The position numbers and the translations under genes were made by a program. From the IMG/VR virus record IMGVR_UViG_2831987924_000001: a DNA stretch of 64,000 nucleotides, one strand, 5' to 3'. This DNA comes from a virus (Duplodnaviria > Caudoviricetes). Below, in pieces: positions 8,513-21,518 of the stretch (position 1 is its first letter; the number at the start of each line of letters is the position of its first letter). The notes beneath the pieces are model-generated. The model was given only the letters and a program-made list of their open reading frames with translations. It had not been told where the DNA came from and ran no database searches.

Positions 8513-9796
8513 TTAATAATAACTTGGTTCATCTTTATCGTGTCTAATGCAAATAAACACTGGGAAAGATACACTTAATCCTCCGTCTTGATTGCGTGAT
8601 TCACGGAAATATTGAATTTCTGCAATCTTACCTAAATATTTTTCTTTATTGTTCCATATTTCTTTGCGATCTTCATCTGTAAATCCCGAACCGCAGCGAA
8701 GCTCATAGCCTTTATAATCTAAAAGTAATGCACCTAACATACCTTCATATTTTCCTGTTCCCTCTTCAAATCCGATAATTTTACAATCCATAGTATTCAT
8801 GGACTTGATTTTTAATAACACATCAGTGCGTTTGCATTGATATTTACCATCGCTAACATTCAACATCAAGCCTTCCTTACCTTTTCGATTCATTTCTTCG
8901 AGTAATTTAGGAATTACATCTAAATCTTTACCAACATATAAATTCGGCACAACCTTAATATACGGTGATTTTAATTTATCAACAATAAACTCTAATTCTT
9001 CTTTACGCTTTCGATATGTTGCTTTTGATTTCCCCGCTTTAAATTCTTCAATTGGAATCATATCAAATAAATGCAATACCAAACCTCGTTTTTCTCTATC
9101 TTTACGAGCGATCTTTAATGTTTCTTGCAGTACTTCTCGATCTTTATAATCATCAGCATTAGCGATCAATAATTCTCCATCATACACATTATCAGGTAAG
9201 AATACCGCATCTCTCATAATTTCAACTAATCCTGTAATCGGTTGTCCTTGACGTGAAAAGAATGTCACATTCCCATTTTCAACAATCATAATGGTACGCA
9301 TTCCATCAAGCTTTTCAGTAATGACAAATTCTTTGCCTTTTACTTTATGTTCTTCATCTTCAAATTTCTTTGCCAACATTACATTAAACTCTGGAATAAA
9401 CTTCTCACCAAAAGCCTTATTGATTGACTTTGCCGTTGCCCCAATTTTTAGCGTCTTTGTGATAATCTCTTCATATAATCCCTTTAATTCTTCATCATCT
9501 TGTGCATTTAAAAATTCAGCAACCATTTTCACATCATGATCTGTTCCTGTATTATGTACTTTTAAATACTTGATTACTTCAAATAAATCATTAAATTTAT
9601 TTTCTTTACCAGTTGCTTTGTTAATAAATTTCTTTAATTTCTTTTCACCAATACCAAAAACAATATATGGATTTAGTGCTGCGTCTAATACCTTTCTTAA
9701 TGTTTGATTATTTTTATGTTGCTTTAAAATCACTTCCTTTTCATTCCGACTATTTGTTGCTTTGATTTGATTAATAATCTCTAATACCTCTTTCAT
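8513..9796 (-). CDS. ATP-dependent DNA ligase
   Basis: EKLDGMR, YDGEL, EGLML, LKIK, GSGF motifs. Confidence 0.93.
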   Translation of the reverse strand: MKEVLEIINQIKATNSRNEKEVILKQHKNNQTLRKVLDAALNPYIVFGIGEKKLKKFINKATGKENKFNDLFEVIKYLKVHNTGTDHDVKMVAEFLNAQDDEELKGLYEEIITKTLKIGATAKSINKAFGEKFIPEFNVMLAKKFEDEEHKVKGKEFVITEKLDGMRTIMIVENGNVTFFSRQGQPITGLVEIMRDAVFLPDNVYDGELLIANADDYKDREVLQETLKIARKDREKRGLVLHLFDMIPIEEFKAGKSKATYRKRKEELEFIVDKLKSPYIKVVPNLYVGKDLDVIPKLLEEMNRKGKEGLMLNVSDGKYQCKRTDVLLKIKSMNTMDCKIIGFEEGTGKYEGMLGALLLDYKGYELRCGSGFTDEDRKEIWNNKEKYLGKIAEIQYFRESRNQDGGLSVSFPVFICIRHDKDEPSYY

Positions 9797-9853
9797 ACAT
9801 AGTCCTCCTTTGTACTAAACATTCAAAAATAACATCTGAATGAAAGATTGGTT

Positions 9854-12649
9854 TTATTGTAATTCTCTTCTTAACTCTTCAATCAGCTTCTTTTTAGCCC
9901 ATTTAGGAATCATTAAAGAACTCGTGCCACTTCCAACATCCATAGATAACAATACTTTCCCTTTGTTCTTTTCTAATGTTTTTAATACTTTTTTAGCTTC
10001 TGTCCAATCAATTTTACGAAAGAGTGTTTTACATTTTCCCCATTGACAAATATAGATTTGAAAACTGTCTTTAACTTTATATAACTCACCATCCTTCGAT
10101 TCATAATAGTAATCAACATGTATAAATGCATCCTTTTTGAAGAAATTTATAATCCTTTCTATACGGTCAATAATCTTTATCAGTATTCTAATAAATATTT
10201 TCTTCATATATCCACACCCTTTTATATTTGAATCAAATCATCCATTTATATTCACCTCGTTTTATTTGAATTCTAATATCCTAATAACTTTTCCCGTTAA
10301 ATAGAAATTTTCTGCACCACTATACAACACTTCATTAAGCAACCCTTCTTTTTCTTCCTCTGTCATTAATTCCTCATCAAAATCACCAGTTAATTCAATT
10401 TCAGCAATTACTTTCATCTTATCAACCTCCTATAAAATGTTAGTTCTATTTATAATACAATAAGATTCCTATCATCTCCTGTAATACTTCTTTCTCTTTC
10501 TTTAATCTCATTCTTTTCTTTTTATACTTTTTAGCTTTATTATATTTTTTATTAATTAAGTCAACAATAACTCGATCAATATTCATGTATTCTGACATAG
10601 CAACAAAGAACCGATAAAACACCTCACTTTCCATCCATATGTATTCTTTACCATTACGGCTTATTTTTTTAACAGGAAATTCATATTGCATTATCATTCA
10701 CCATCCGATAAAGAGCTAATTTTATCACCATTTTTTCATCAAGAATTTAACCTTCTTTAAATATTCTATAATTGTTTCCGTTAAATCAGATTTTTCCGAT
10801 TGTAAAATATCTAAAGCGTTGTCAACATGTTTAATTGCCTCTTTATATTGGTATGGAACATCATCAATATCCAAACTTCTTTTACAATCATCCATAATCT
10901 CCATTAATTTATCAAAGTTGATATTTTGATTCATATAACTATCTCTTAAAGCATACTTGTACCAACTTAACTCAAATCCCGTTGGTTTATGTATGAAATT
11001 AGGTAATTCACAAATTCTATCATCATCTCCCCAATAATAAGGCATTAAAATGAATGTATCGTTCTCAAAATATGTCGCATCTCCAAACTCTGACTTTATC
11101 GTTTTAAACTCGCCTTTATAAGTTTGCTTGTCATTCACAGGTAATCCATAACCATCAAAACCCATATCATATAATTTATAAACAAATGCATCTTGCCAAC
11201 TACGATCAACTCTATATTCTCCTCTTGAATTCCCGAATATCGCATTACCTAATTCCATTAATATCACCTCTGTTTAAAATTTTGTTTTTAAATAGATTTC
11301 AAAAGATCAATTAATTCTCTGCACTCATTGATAATCGATTCTCTTCCCTCTTTTACATACTGTCTAATCACATCTGCTTGACAATTAATTGTATTTTTGC
11401 CTTTGAACATATCGCTAAAATCATCAAACTGCTTTGCGTATTCAACTAAATGGGGATTTTCATCTAAATATTTTAACCACAGTAATTTATACCAGTATGT
11501 AAGATATTTTGTGTCAAATACCTTTCCTTTCAACTCAATATGAGTAGGCTGTCTACCTTTTGCATCTCTCCATGTTTTTGGTACTTCATTACCAAATCTT
11601 TTGCAAAGTTGATAATGATTTTCTATTGAATCATATTTGCCCCACACATTAACTTTTGCATAAAATGCAGAGAATCGTTTATCACCTTTTGAAGAACATT
11701 CTAAAATTTTAATGATGTATCACCTCTCCACAAAAAATCAATTTTATTAATACTCTGTTGAACAAACAATATACGGTTCATCTTTATTTTCCCATTTCAA
11801 TACATCTGCAATAGTCACTAACGCAAACCAGATGCCGTCCATTATTTTCATTTTTCTTGTTACATCTTGATCTTCTTGTGGAATCTCATCTACTTCATAC
11901 CACATCATTACATTTTCCGGATTAACTTCATATGGATAATACATAGGATCTAAAACCTCTTCCTCATTAAGTCCATAATAGTCCATATACCATTGTTTCG
12001 CTTCTTCAAGACTTTTGGCAGCCACATAATCAAATTCGTTTAATCTAAACACTTTCATTTCTTGCATTTGAAAAACTCCTTTCTAAATGAAGTATCGTTT
12101 TTATATAATCAGATAACAAATTGTCTCGTTTACTCAACAATCCATAAATACAAATCATCTAATGGAATTGTATAAGTGTAAGTATCAATGAGGTTTATAC
12201 ATTTTGCTTTATCTCCATCAATTTCTTTAATTAAATAAGGAACAACTATTCCGTTTTGTTTTCTAGAACGTACAATATCATTTACTTTCAGCATTATCTA
12301 TTCTCCCTTCCACTAATAATATTTTTATACTTTAATCTACAATCGAACGAACAAAATCCACCTTGCACATAGAATACACGCAATTTACTTCCACAATATT
12401 TACACGTTTTATGTTTTGACATATCATTCATCCTTTTTATAATCTAAAGAATTTTTGAGGAAAGTTTTTTGCTTTTGTGTGAATAAATTCATCAATAACA
12501 ATTAATGCCACAATAATATTTGCAACAGGTGTTAAAACAAACATTACATCTAACATTTCAGGCATTGTTGTCATATTATTTTTGGCACGCCATCTTACGC
12601 CTATCCATCCAATTATAAATGGTATCACGTACAATAAAACAAATTCCAA
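9854..12649 (-). CDS. Cluster of small hypothetical phage genes (9854-10207, 10446-10697, 10725-11267, 11288-11713, 11747-12067, 12437-12649 and shorter ones)
   Basis: Co-oriented ORFs with RBSs; no recognisable family. Confidence 0.65.
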
Positions 12650-12701
12650 TTAATGAATCCTCCTTTAAAATTTTCGTTTTATTTAATATATGTATTATGA
12701 T

Positions 12702-13478
12702 TTATTTATAATTATTTAAGTCACTATGTATTTCAAGATTATCCAATCGCTTATTCGCAATTTCTATGTATTTTGATTCTGTTTCAAATGCCATGAATTT
12801 TCTATTTAACATTCTTGCTGCTACACATTCAGTTCCACTTCCACAAAACGGGACTAAGATAATATCATTTTCATTTGTATGCAAATTAATTAAAATATCA
12901 GTTAACCCTTCAATTCGTTTTTGTGAAGGATGTTTACCATAAGTCTTTTCTTTTGAAGGAGTTTGCGTAGTTATAAATACATTTCTTATATTTTTACCTT
13001 CGTTTATTTCTTTAGCATAGTTCAAGTTATATGTCCAATTCTTTCCTTTTACAGCCCATATTAATTGTTCAGTGCTTTCAGAAGGATTCCTGCCAGTTAA
13101 ACAAGGCATTGCATTTGTTTTATACCATGTATAATGAGTTTTAATATCATAACCTATTTTTTCAATTTGGTATCCACAAATATAAATATTATGACGACTT
13201 CCCCAAACTAATAATGAACCACCATTTTTTAAAACACGATAAGCCTCACTAAGCCACAACCAATTAAATTCTTCGAAATTGTCTAGTGTGTCCCATTCTT
13301 CTTTTATAGCATAAAATCTTTTTTCTTCTGATTGTATGTACTTCCCTTTCTTCCCAATATTATATGGAGGATCTGCGATTATTAAATCGACACTATTATC
13401 AGGTATCAATTTCATCCCTTCCAAGCAATCCATTTGATAAATGCGATTTAATTCTAAACTACCTAATAATTCTTTCAA
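12702..13478 (-). CDS. DNA methyltransferase, N6A/N4C beta class
   Basis: IADPPY, HPSQK, PFCGSG. Confidence 0.92.
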   Translation of the reverse strand: MKELLGSLELNRIYQMDCLEGMKLIPDNSVDLIIADPPYNIGKKGKYIQSEEKRFYAIKEEWDTLDNFEEFNWLWLSEAYRVLKNGGSLLVWGSRHNIYICGYQIEKIGYDIKTHYTWYKTNAMPCLTGRNPSESTEQLIWAVKGKNWTYNLNYAKEINEGKNIRNVFITTQTPSKEKTYGKHPSQKRIEGLTDILINLHTNENDIILVPFCGSGTECVAARMLNRKFMAFETESKYIEIANKRLDNLEIHSDLNNYK

Positions 13479-13520
13479 ACTATCATCTCCTTTTATAATT
13501 TTCTAAATAAAAGACTGATT

Positions 13521-14530
13521 TTAAACAACCTCAAACCAATTTCCAAAATAACCTTCATGACCTACAACAGCTGCAAAATAATGATGTTTATTGCGATCAT
13601 CAATAATTCCAATCCATTTACCATCATTATGTACAACATCATACACTTTATCTTTAGTTACAAAGCGTTCTTTGGAGATTTTCATATAGTCATCCTTAAT
13701 GGCTTTGAGTTTCATTTATTAACACTCCTTAACTTTATATTTTTATAATTATATTTATTTATCCATCCTTAACTCAACTGGACAAATCATCTCTAAATCA
13801 TCCGCAAGATTACCCATTCTGTTTCCATATGTATCAGCAGTTACCACAAAATCATCTTCTATACCGATAACTTCTAATGGTTTATGGCATTTATTTTTAA
13901 CAATGTCGCCCTTCTTCCATCGCTGCTCTTTTCTTATTTGTTTTAGTTGTTGAATAAGTTCGTGTGCTTTCATAAAACTTATCATCCTTTATTAGTTGGT
14001 TTAACATTAATTACCAACATATTTTGCTTCTAAAAACTTCTCCCACAACTTAAATTCATCATCTATATAATTTTGAAAATCTTCACTCTCACAGAAAGTA
14101 TCTACTGACTGTTGCATACACTCAAATTCTTCCTCTAAAGGCAATTCAACTACATGAATTCTATTCATATACGCCCACCTGATGATTTGATCTTTATTAG
14201 CATTGCTTCCTACAAGTTCATTCATCTTTTCTAGATTTGTCATTTTTAATCCTCCCTTTTTATTAAATACACTTTTTCTTCGTACTGTTCACTAAATTAT
14301 TTTTTAGAATTAACTTCTTTTACAAATTCTAAAGCCTTTTCTAATTCATCTTGATAAAGATAAATTGTAGTGTCGTTATAACCGTTTAAATAATTTTTTA
14401 AAGTCAGTGTTAAAGCGACAAGTTCACCATCTGTTTCAACTTTCAAACTAGACCTATCATTATCAAAAATCACTTTACTTTTCATTTCTTCCACTTTAAT
14501 CACTCCTTTACAGTATGTGTCTAACATCAA
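13521..14530 (-). CDS. Four small hypothetical genes
   Basis: ORF track plus RBSs. Confidence 0.6.
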
Positions 14531-14544
14531 TTAAAACAGTCATT

Positions 14545-14700
14545 TTAATCAAATTTACCATCTACAATAAATTCATAAAGCATTTTATAAGCCATTTTTC
14601 CGCCTTTAAAAATTAACTCTTCTTCGTAGTTTCTTTTTGGAACATTTTCAATTTCGTTAAGTTTCAATTCTAATCACTTTAACAGTTTATTCTTATCCAT
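14545..14700 (-). pseudogene. Small gene with in-frame TGA at codon 9
   Basis: MDKNKLLK*LELKLNEIEN...GKFD* after a good RBS. Confidence 0.55.
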
Positions 14701-14952
14701 TCTTGCTAGCCTCCTCTAATTCAGCTAAAATCAACCATATACTCTCTTCGCTGTTCTCTCTGGCGTGCTGAAGGTCGGCAATTGCTATTCTTAATTCACC
14801 ATTTTCTATATTGTTCAATGCTCTTTCTAAATTCTTCATTGCTTTCTCGATCTTTTCTACAACAAAATCCATGAGATATTATCATCACCTCGCTTTTTTG
14901 AATTCTAATATTATTATATTTTACTTAATTCATTTTGACAACCACTTTTTTA

Positions 14953-15531
14953 TTATTTTTTACTATTATTTTTAAATTTAATATAACACTTCCGACAAAC
15001 AGGTAAATACTCCTCATCACCGATTTGAATTTGTTCGCCTTCAAAAACAGGATTACCATCAACTGTTCTTAAATTCATTCGAGCTTTTCTGTCGCAATAC
15101 CAACAAACTGTTTTAATTTCTTGAATCTTATCTGCTAATTCAACTAATCGTTTACTTCCTTCAAATAACTTACCTTGAAAATCTGTTAATAATCCAAAAC
15201 ACAATACAGGCACATTCAATTCATCCGCAATACGAGCTAATTCATCAATATGATGTTCTTTAGCAAATTGAATTTCGTCACATAAAACAGCATGATATTT
15301 TCGTAATTTCACCATATTGTATATGTATTCGTAATCATTTTCATCAAATGTATAAACTGGATATGTCGTCTCTAACGCTCTCGACTTAACAATATTACCA
15401 TCTCTCGTATCAATTGAAGGCTTAAATATGATAATTGGTTTGTTTTGCTGCTGATAATTATAAGCCGTCATAATTAATTGAGCTGATTTAGATGAACGCA
15501 TAGTGCCATAATAGAAAATTAATTTACTCAT
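14953..15531 (-). CDS. tdk: Thymidine kinase
   Basis: YGTMRSSKS, DEIQF, GLLTDF, CxxC pairs. Confidence 0.95.
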   Translation of the reverse strand: MSKLIFYYGTMRSSKSAQLIMTAYNYQQQNKPIIIFKPSIDTRDGNIVKSRALETTYPVYTFDENDYEYIYNMVKLRKYHAVLCDEIQFAKEHHIDELARIADELNVPVLCFGLLTDFQGKLFEGSKRLVELADKIQEIKTVCWYCDRKARMNLRTVDGNPVFEGEQIQIGDEEYLPVCRKCYIKFKNNSKK

Positions 15532-16071
15532 TTACTTTCTCCTTTCTATGATGATGCCCAATCCCTAAAACATATCCAGTCAACACGCTAAATAAACCAA
15601 AAATAAAATTCTCTAAAGGAGGAATCCAAATACGCCAATCTTTTGTTCCCGTATCAATAATACCCCAAAATCCAATCAGCGCAACACCGATATGTATAAC
15701 ACCTTCTAATGTATTAAGTATTGCTAATCCTTTAATTAACCATTTCATCATTCGTTTACCACTTCAATCTCTTCATTTTCTTCAATCCCTAATTCTTTAT
15801 TTAATTCATTATATTTTTCTTTATCTAATGTCCAATCTTCAGGTACATAACATTTATTTCTCATCCATACAACCTTATCATCTTTCACTAAAAACCAAAG
15901 TGAACCATACTTGTACAACTGACAAGGATAACCTGATGAATCTTCTTTCTTTGCTAAAAGCATGTTACGTGTCATCTTACGTCTAATTTGATCATATGAA
16001 ATATTTTTATTCCCTTTCACATTGTTTCGATAGTATTTTTCTACCTTTCTTTTCAATTTCAACAATTCCAT
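15524..16071 (-). CDS. Small membrane protein (15524-15751) and hypothetical protein (15748-16071)
   Basis: Overlapping ORFs; hydrophobic segments in the first. Confidence 0.6.
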
Positions 16072-16089
16072 TATGCTTCATCTCCTTTT

Positions 16090-16491
16090 TTATTTATATA
16101 TCATTTGCAATATTTGTTTTGGAACAAAAGTTCTAACTATATTACCTTTTGCAGCGTTCTTGGCTAAATGATGTGCTGTTGTATTTTGTCTTCTTGGTAT
16201 CCAGCCAAATGCTATATTATTTATCTCAGAATGATATTTGCTCGCAAATTCATTTACTATATCTCTGTTGTCAGACAAAATTATAATGTCGTTATTTATA
16301 TTTAATTCTTTTAACTTATACAAAGCATACACAATTGCTAACCGTTCACAGTGGAACGAATCTTTACAATGTGTTCTAATATTGTAGTAATACCTCCCTT
16401 TATACCGATCAATCACAACCATTCCTATTCCGCTTTCCTTGTTCTTGTGATAAGAACCATCTACTTTAACTATATATCTTCGTCTTGGCAC
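16090..16491 (-). CDS. RNase H-like protein
   Basis: VDGS...E...SD...WIPRRQN..AH.LA. Confidence 0.75.
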   Translation of the reverse strand: MPRRRYIVKVDGSYHKNKESGIGMVVIDRYKGRYYYNIRTHCKDSFHCERLAIVYALYKLKELNINNDIIILSDNRDIVNEFASKYHSEINNIAFGWIPRRQNTTAHHLAKNAAKGNIVRTFVPKQILQMIYK

Positions 16492-16522
16492 TTTATTTTC
16501 TCCTCTCTATGTTAATTCTTAT

Positions 16523-18043
16523 TTATATATTTTCCTTTAATTTATCCATCTCAACACTAAATTTCTCTCCCATTTTCTTTAATTCATCTAATCCACCGCC
16601 AACTAAACCAAACTTAACCCATTCTGGATAACGAAATTTCTTTAATACTTCTTTAAATTCTTTTGTACTCAACAAAGGTTCTAGTTCATAAATCCAAACA
16701 TTATTAAAAAACCATACTGTTATTAACGCATCCCATAATGCTCTCGAATCAAAACATAATTTATGTATATACTTATAATATGTTATTCTTGCTAATATTC
16801 CATTATAATTAGCTCTCATTAATACTTCTGTAATATTTTTAATATCTCTATTACCATTAAGTATCTCATATTTAGCGTGATAAAAATCATTTATTGCTAT
16901 GTAGTCAAATGTTTTAAATAATTCATTCTGCAATATTCGCACTTGTTCATTGAAAGGTATACTCACTGTATTATCACCTCTTTGCATAAAGTTTGTCCTT
17001 TATTCAAATTCCTTTAAATACTTTTCAACCTCAATAAAAACATCACAAATCTTTTCATAATCATCAACACTCAAATTATGCTCTCCACGATTTAAATATG
17101 TACAATATTCTACATCAAGTTTTGTTGAAGCTTCATATAACTTTTTTAATAAATTATTTAATTTACTAATCTCCTCCATATATATTTCTTTCTCAACTAA
17201 CAATGACTCAATAGTAGGTAAATCAGCAATTGGACATAACATTGAAAGCTGTTTGCGAAGTTTTTCGTTTTCTTCTTGTACTTGTTGGAGCTGTTTCTTT
17301 AATTGATATCGATCTTCTAACCATTTATTTTTATAAAACTCCCTCATTTTTGCATTTTGTTCATTTTCTTGCTGCAACTCCTCAATAACTGGCTTAATAC
17401 CTTCAAACACTTCATTTAAAAATTCCTCATCAACTTCAACAAAATCATCTAATGTCATTGTTCCATAGCTAAATGCTTCTTTTGATCTAGTCAAATGATA
17501 AAGATATGTACCATCTTCACATTCATCAGTTAAACCAAAATGTGAAGCCAAGATATTTCTGATTTGCTGTAATTTATCATTCATTCTTCCACCTCCAATA
17601 TCAACTCTCTATATTTTTCAATTTCATACCCTCCCCAGAGTGTCGGATCACCAAGCTCTCTTAATTGTTTAATCTTTTTTGCTCGCTCAATAAGCCATTC
17701 TATATCTCGATCTTCGATAAACCCTCTTCTGAACCAATCTTCGATCTCATGTAATTTATTATTCATTTATATTTACCTCCTATTATTATATTTTTTCTAC
17801 AAATTGAAACTTTTATCTAATTTCTTTTTGATTTAACGTCATCGCAAAACGTTTCACACATTTATCATTTTTATTGCATAAATGGTAGACCCTATTTGAA
17901 AATGGTGTTTCTACGCAACCATGTTGCAATACTTTACCTAAATGAATTTCTAAAATATTTGTTTTATCTGCATGAAGCTTTCCACACATGTCACATACAT
18001 AAGTTTGTGGAACAAACATCGCTCTAACCTCCCGATAAATCAA
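16523..18043 (-). CDS. Four hypothetical phage genes
   Basis: ORF track plus RBSs. Confidence 0.6.
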
Positions 18044-18047
18044 ACTT

Positions 18048-18299
18048 TTTATTCGATTTCTTCAACAATTAATTTAATTTTTACCATCTTACCTGTATAC
18101 CCAAATAAATGAAAAGGGTATAATCTTAATAATGATTTTTTATCTGGTATAAAATTCCCTTCCTCATCCCAATACCCATTAGCATAATCAAAATCATCTG
18201 GTTCTTTTCCTGTAATTTAAATGTTTCCTTATCTACTTCAAAACAAAATTCTTCGCCATCACCTGAATTAAATCCAACAAATTCAAACTCCTTTTTCAC
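18048..18299 (-). pseudogene. Frameshifted small gene
   Basis: VKKEFEFVGF...ETFK then, in another frame, ITGKEPDDFDYANGYW...; shift near 18216. Confidence 0.5.
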
Positions 18300-18335
18300 A
18301 TTAACATCTCCTTTCTGTTTAAAATGGAATTTCGT

Positions 18336-18671
18336 TTAAATTTCAACATCAATACCTTTTGCTTTAAGCATAGTTATACAAATAGTTTTTGCAAGGTTAG
18401 TGCCCCACCATGTAAATGTTTCTTCAGGTGTATCGATCGAAACACAATATTTTTGCACTTTATCAAAAGAGAAAATGCCTTTAGATATTGAATAGTTATC
18501 AAATTGTTCTAAAGCCATCATAGCGTCCACAATATTAGCTGTAGGAGACCATTTTTCAAATTTAAATGCACTACCATCTTCACGTTTAAGATATTTATCA
18601 GTACCGTAAGTTACTAATTTCCACTCCATCACTTTCTCCGCAACCAAACGGTCAATTGCACGTGAATCCAT
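18336..18671 (-). CDS. Phage ABA-sandwich/BC1872-like protein
   Basis: IDRLVAEKVMEW...WSPT.NI.DA...AKTIC..MLKA. Confidence 0.7.
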   Translation of the reverse strand: MDSRAIDRLVAEKVMEWKLVTYGTDKYLKREDGSAFKFEKWSPTANIVDAMMALEQFDNYSISKGIFSFDKVQKYCVSIDTPEETFTWWGTNLAKTICITMLKAKGIDVEI

Positions 18672-18675
18672 TGTA

Positions 18676-19145
18676 TCACTCTTCCTTCATAAATGTTTTA
18701 ATCCAATCAGGATATCTTACCAACATTTCCTCTAAAATTAAAAATTCCAATTCCTCTTCACATTCATCACAATTTAGACACTCTACTTGACCACAATAAT
18801 CACCATCATACACACTGATCATTTCGTTGCCACAAAATGGGCAATATTTCATCTTATTGATTGAATCAGCCCTAAATACATAATGCAATACACTCACTCC
18901 CCATATTTTACCTTTGCATTTTTGAATTTCATTTCTGTATAATCATTTTTGAAAATCACCTCATCACCAATTACTTTTACATATTTCTCATATGTATGAA
19001 TTACCTTCCCATCCGCATAAATCGTTACTTTCTCACCTTTATCATCCACCTGTAATTTCTCTGGTGTGCTCGTATGGTTTAGACCGATCAAAGTAAACAG
19101 AATTAAAGCACCTAACATAAAAACACCAAACCTTTTCATTATCAC
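18676..19145 (-). CDS. Zn-ribbon small protein and small membrane-anchored protein
   Basis: CPFC...CLNC in the first; N-terminal hydrophobic helix in the second. Confidence 0.55.
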
Positions 19146-19390
19146 ACCCCTTTCTATAAAATAACTATTTCATCACATCTTGATTATATTGTATTATTAT
19201 ATTTTATTTAAGTCAACTGATTTTTACAAAAAAATAACCATCTTAGTTCGAAACATTTTTGTTTCACACCAAGATGACTTTTGAAATAATTTTATCGCTA
19301 TTTCTATTTTATATATGTTATAATGTACATGTTCCAAATGAATTTATTTTCGTTGTTTGGTCACTAGACGTTATGTTTAGTGACTATTTT

Positions 19391-19600
19391 TTATTCCACA
19401 TCTTCCCACTCAATGTGAAAGTTATCTACATTTAATCTATGTACTGTTCCATCAATTGTTTCAATATCGATGTTGCGAATGTTAGCATTTAATTCGTTGA
19501 TAAGAGCATAAATTTTTTGTAGTGCTTCACTTTGACTCTTAGCTAATACTTGCGTTGATACATTCAAAACAATTGATCCAAATGATGTGAATTTATTCAT
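19391..19600 (-). CDS. YopT-like small protein
   Basis: Size and divergent position next to a YopS-like HTH gene. Confidence 0.45.
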   Translation of the reverse strand: MNKFTSFGSIVLNVSTQVLAKSQSEALQKIYALINELNANIRNIDIETIDGTVHRLNVDNFHIEWEDVE

Positions 19601-19831
19601 ATTATACCCCCCCTTTTTTAGTTATTTAAGTAATAAACATTCTACGTTTTTATTTTATATACTCTACATCATCCAATCTCCTTTCAAGAATAAGAACTTA
19701 TGTTCTTATTATTTATTATACACATTATGGTTTATTTTTCTAGTGTTTTTTAAAATATTTTTTATCCTCTTTTACAAACAGGTAAATTTTGTTATTATAT
19801 AATTATTCTGAATAGGAGGCTCGATCTGCTG

Positions 19832-20047
19832 ATGAAAGAGATAAAATTTGGAAAATGCCTACTTTTAGAGCTTCTTCAGAAAAAAGGCATGACACAATCG
19901 GAACTTTCCATAAAAACAGGTATAACCGAGTCGCAAATCTCTCTTTACATCTCTGGAAAAAGAAAAATGTCATATTTAAGCGCCGTTAAAATTTCTTTTG
20001 TATTGAAGTGTCATGCTGAAGACCTATACGTTTGGAAAGAAGAGTAG
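19832..20047 (+). CDS. XRE-family HTH regulator, YopS-like
   Basis: KGMTQSELSIKTGITESQISLYISGKR; RBS; the only convincing plus-strand gene. Confidence 0.88.
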   Translation: MKEIKFGKCLLLELLQKKGMTQSELSIKTGITESQISLYISGKRKMSYLSAVKISFVLKCHAEDLYVWKEE

Positions 20048-20501
20048 GCACACTATGGGGAATACCTCCAATAGTACTTTTTTCTTTGCTTAGGCGCAAA
20101 GTTTTACTTTTACTAATAAATATTTTAATACAAATTTCTACATTTTTCATTGTCTTATTTTGTCGAATTTCGTCTAAATCATTTTTATATTTTATATAAT
20201 TAAATGGGTTCATCACCACAACATGTACTTGACAAGCGATACGTTCTCCTGAACAAGGATGTGCAAAAATCATTGATTTACTGATTTTTCCTCACAAGCG
20301 TAAGTGGGGCATGTTATGAAAAAATCAAGCACAACTTTTGGTGAAGAGCCATTAAATGGTAATAAAGGAAATATATGCTATAATGCAATCGAGTTCATGA
20401 TATTACTTTATACCCATAAAACATCACAAACCCCATTGCATTATTATTATATTTTTATCATTATGTATGAATTTAATCCCTTATAAAAAGGGATTAAATT
20501 T

Positions 20502-21503
20502 TTATTTTTGTCCAATATCAATACCATATAAATCGAGTATGTTATCACGATTAATAAATTGTCGCATTGCATGGTAGTTATAAGTCTCATGCCCATTATT
20601 AATAATTTTCCCTAAACCAAACTGTTCTGCAATCTTAGCTAACTGCTTATTAGTTAACTCTCCATCTTCTTTATATAAATCAACAGCGATCTTAATCATT
20701 CCAGAACGCCATATATTTTTGATTGTTAAATAAGGCATATCAAATAATTCTTTAATCATATACATTCTGCGATATATAACATTTTTGTCAGCTTCTCCTC
20801 TTGTTCTCCCCGTTAGAACGTTTTTAATTATATGATCTGTCTCATAATACGGATACTCACTTTTTCCATGCTTTGATTCTTTTTCACCATTTCGAGCATA
20901 ATACACTTTTTCGTTAATTGCTTTTTCAATAATATCTAAACATCTATCACTAACTGTAATAAATCTTTCACCGTTTTTATCATCATATAATCTTAATCGT
21001 TTATTTGTATAATCTACATCATATTTTTTCAAATTAATTAACTCACTGACCTCATACCCATTTGCGCCTTCAAATAATAATCTTAATATTACTTTATCTT
21101 GATAATTCACTAATTGATCTTCAATTTCAATTAGCTCATCTTCTGAAATAAACAGTTTTTTACTTTTATCTATACATTCTTCGTAATCTTTTGCAGTAAA
21201 CATATCCATTGGATTAATATTACTATTCGTTAATCCTATACGAATAGCCCAATCAATATATTTTTTCATCATGGAAGCAAATGAGCGGACGCTGTTTAAT
21301 GTACTTTTATTTGCATTTAATAATACTTGCTTTAATTCACTCATATTAAAATCATACATATCTTTTTGTAAAATATCCTCTACATCATAACTCTTATAAA
21401 AAACAAACCTGAAAACATGAACCGTTTCCTCTGTATATCCTTCTTCATCGATTAAATATTGCAAAAATGACTCTTTAATTTCCTTATTATACATTTTACT
21501 CAT
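20502..21503 (-). CDS. YopR/MrpR-like master repressor (degenerate tyrosine-recombinase fold)
   Basis: MYN..IKE.FL, LRLLFEG, IWRSG; catalytic R and HxxR missing. Confidence 0.8.
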   Translation of the reverse strand: MSKMYNKEIKESFLQYLIDEEGYTEETVHVFRFVFYKSYDVEDILQKDMYDFNMSELKQVLLNANKSTLNSVRSFASMMKKYIDWAIRIGLTNSNINPMDMFTAKDYEECIDKSKKLFISEDELIEIEDQLVNYQDKVILRLLFEGANGYEVSELINLKKYDVDYTNKRLRLYDDKNGERFITVSDRCLDIIEKAINEKVYYARNGEKESKHGKSEYPYYETDHIIKNVLTGRTRGEADKNVIYRRMYMIKELFDMPYLTIKNIWRSGMIKIAVDLYKEDGELTNKQLAKIAEQFGLGKIINNGHETYNYHAMRQFINRDNILDLYGIDIGQK

Positions 21504-21518
21504 TCATATTCACCTCTC

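Noticed and set aside
19240-20250. LexA (Cheo) boxes near the HTH gene
   Set aside because: Only partial GAAC-N4-GTTC matches
20502-21503. Active integrase
   Set aside because: Catalytic Arg and HxxR absent; fits a YopR-like repressor
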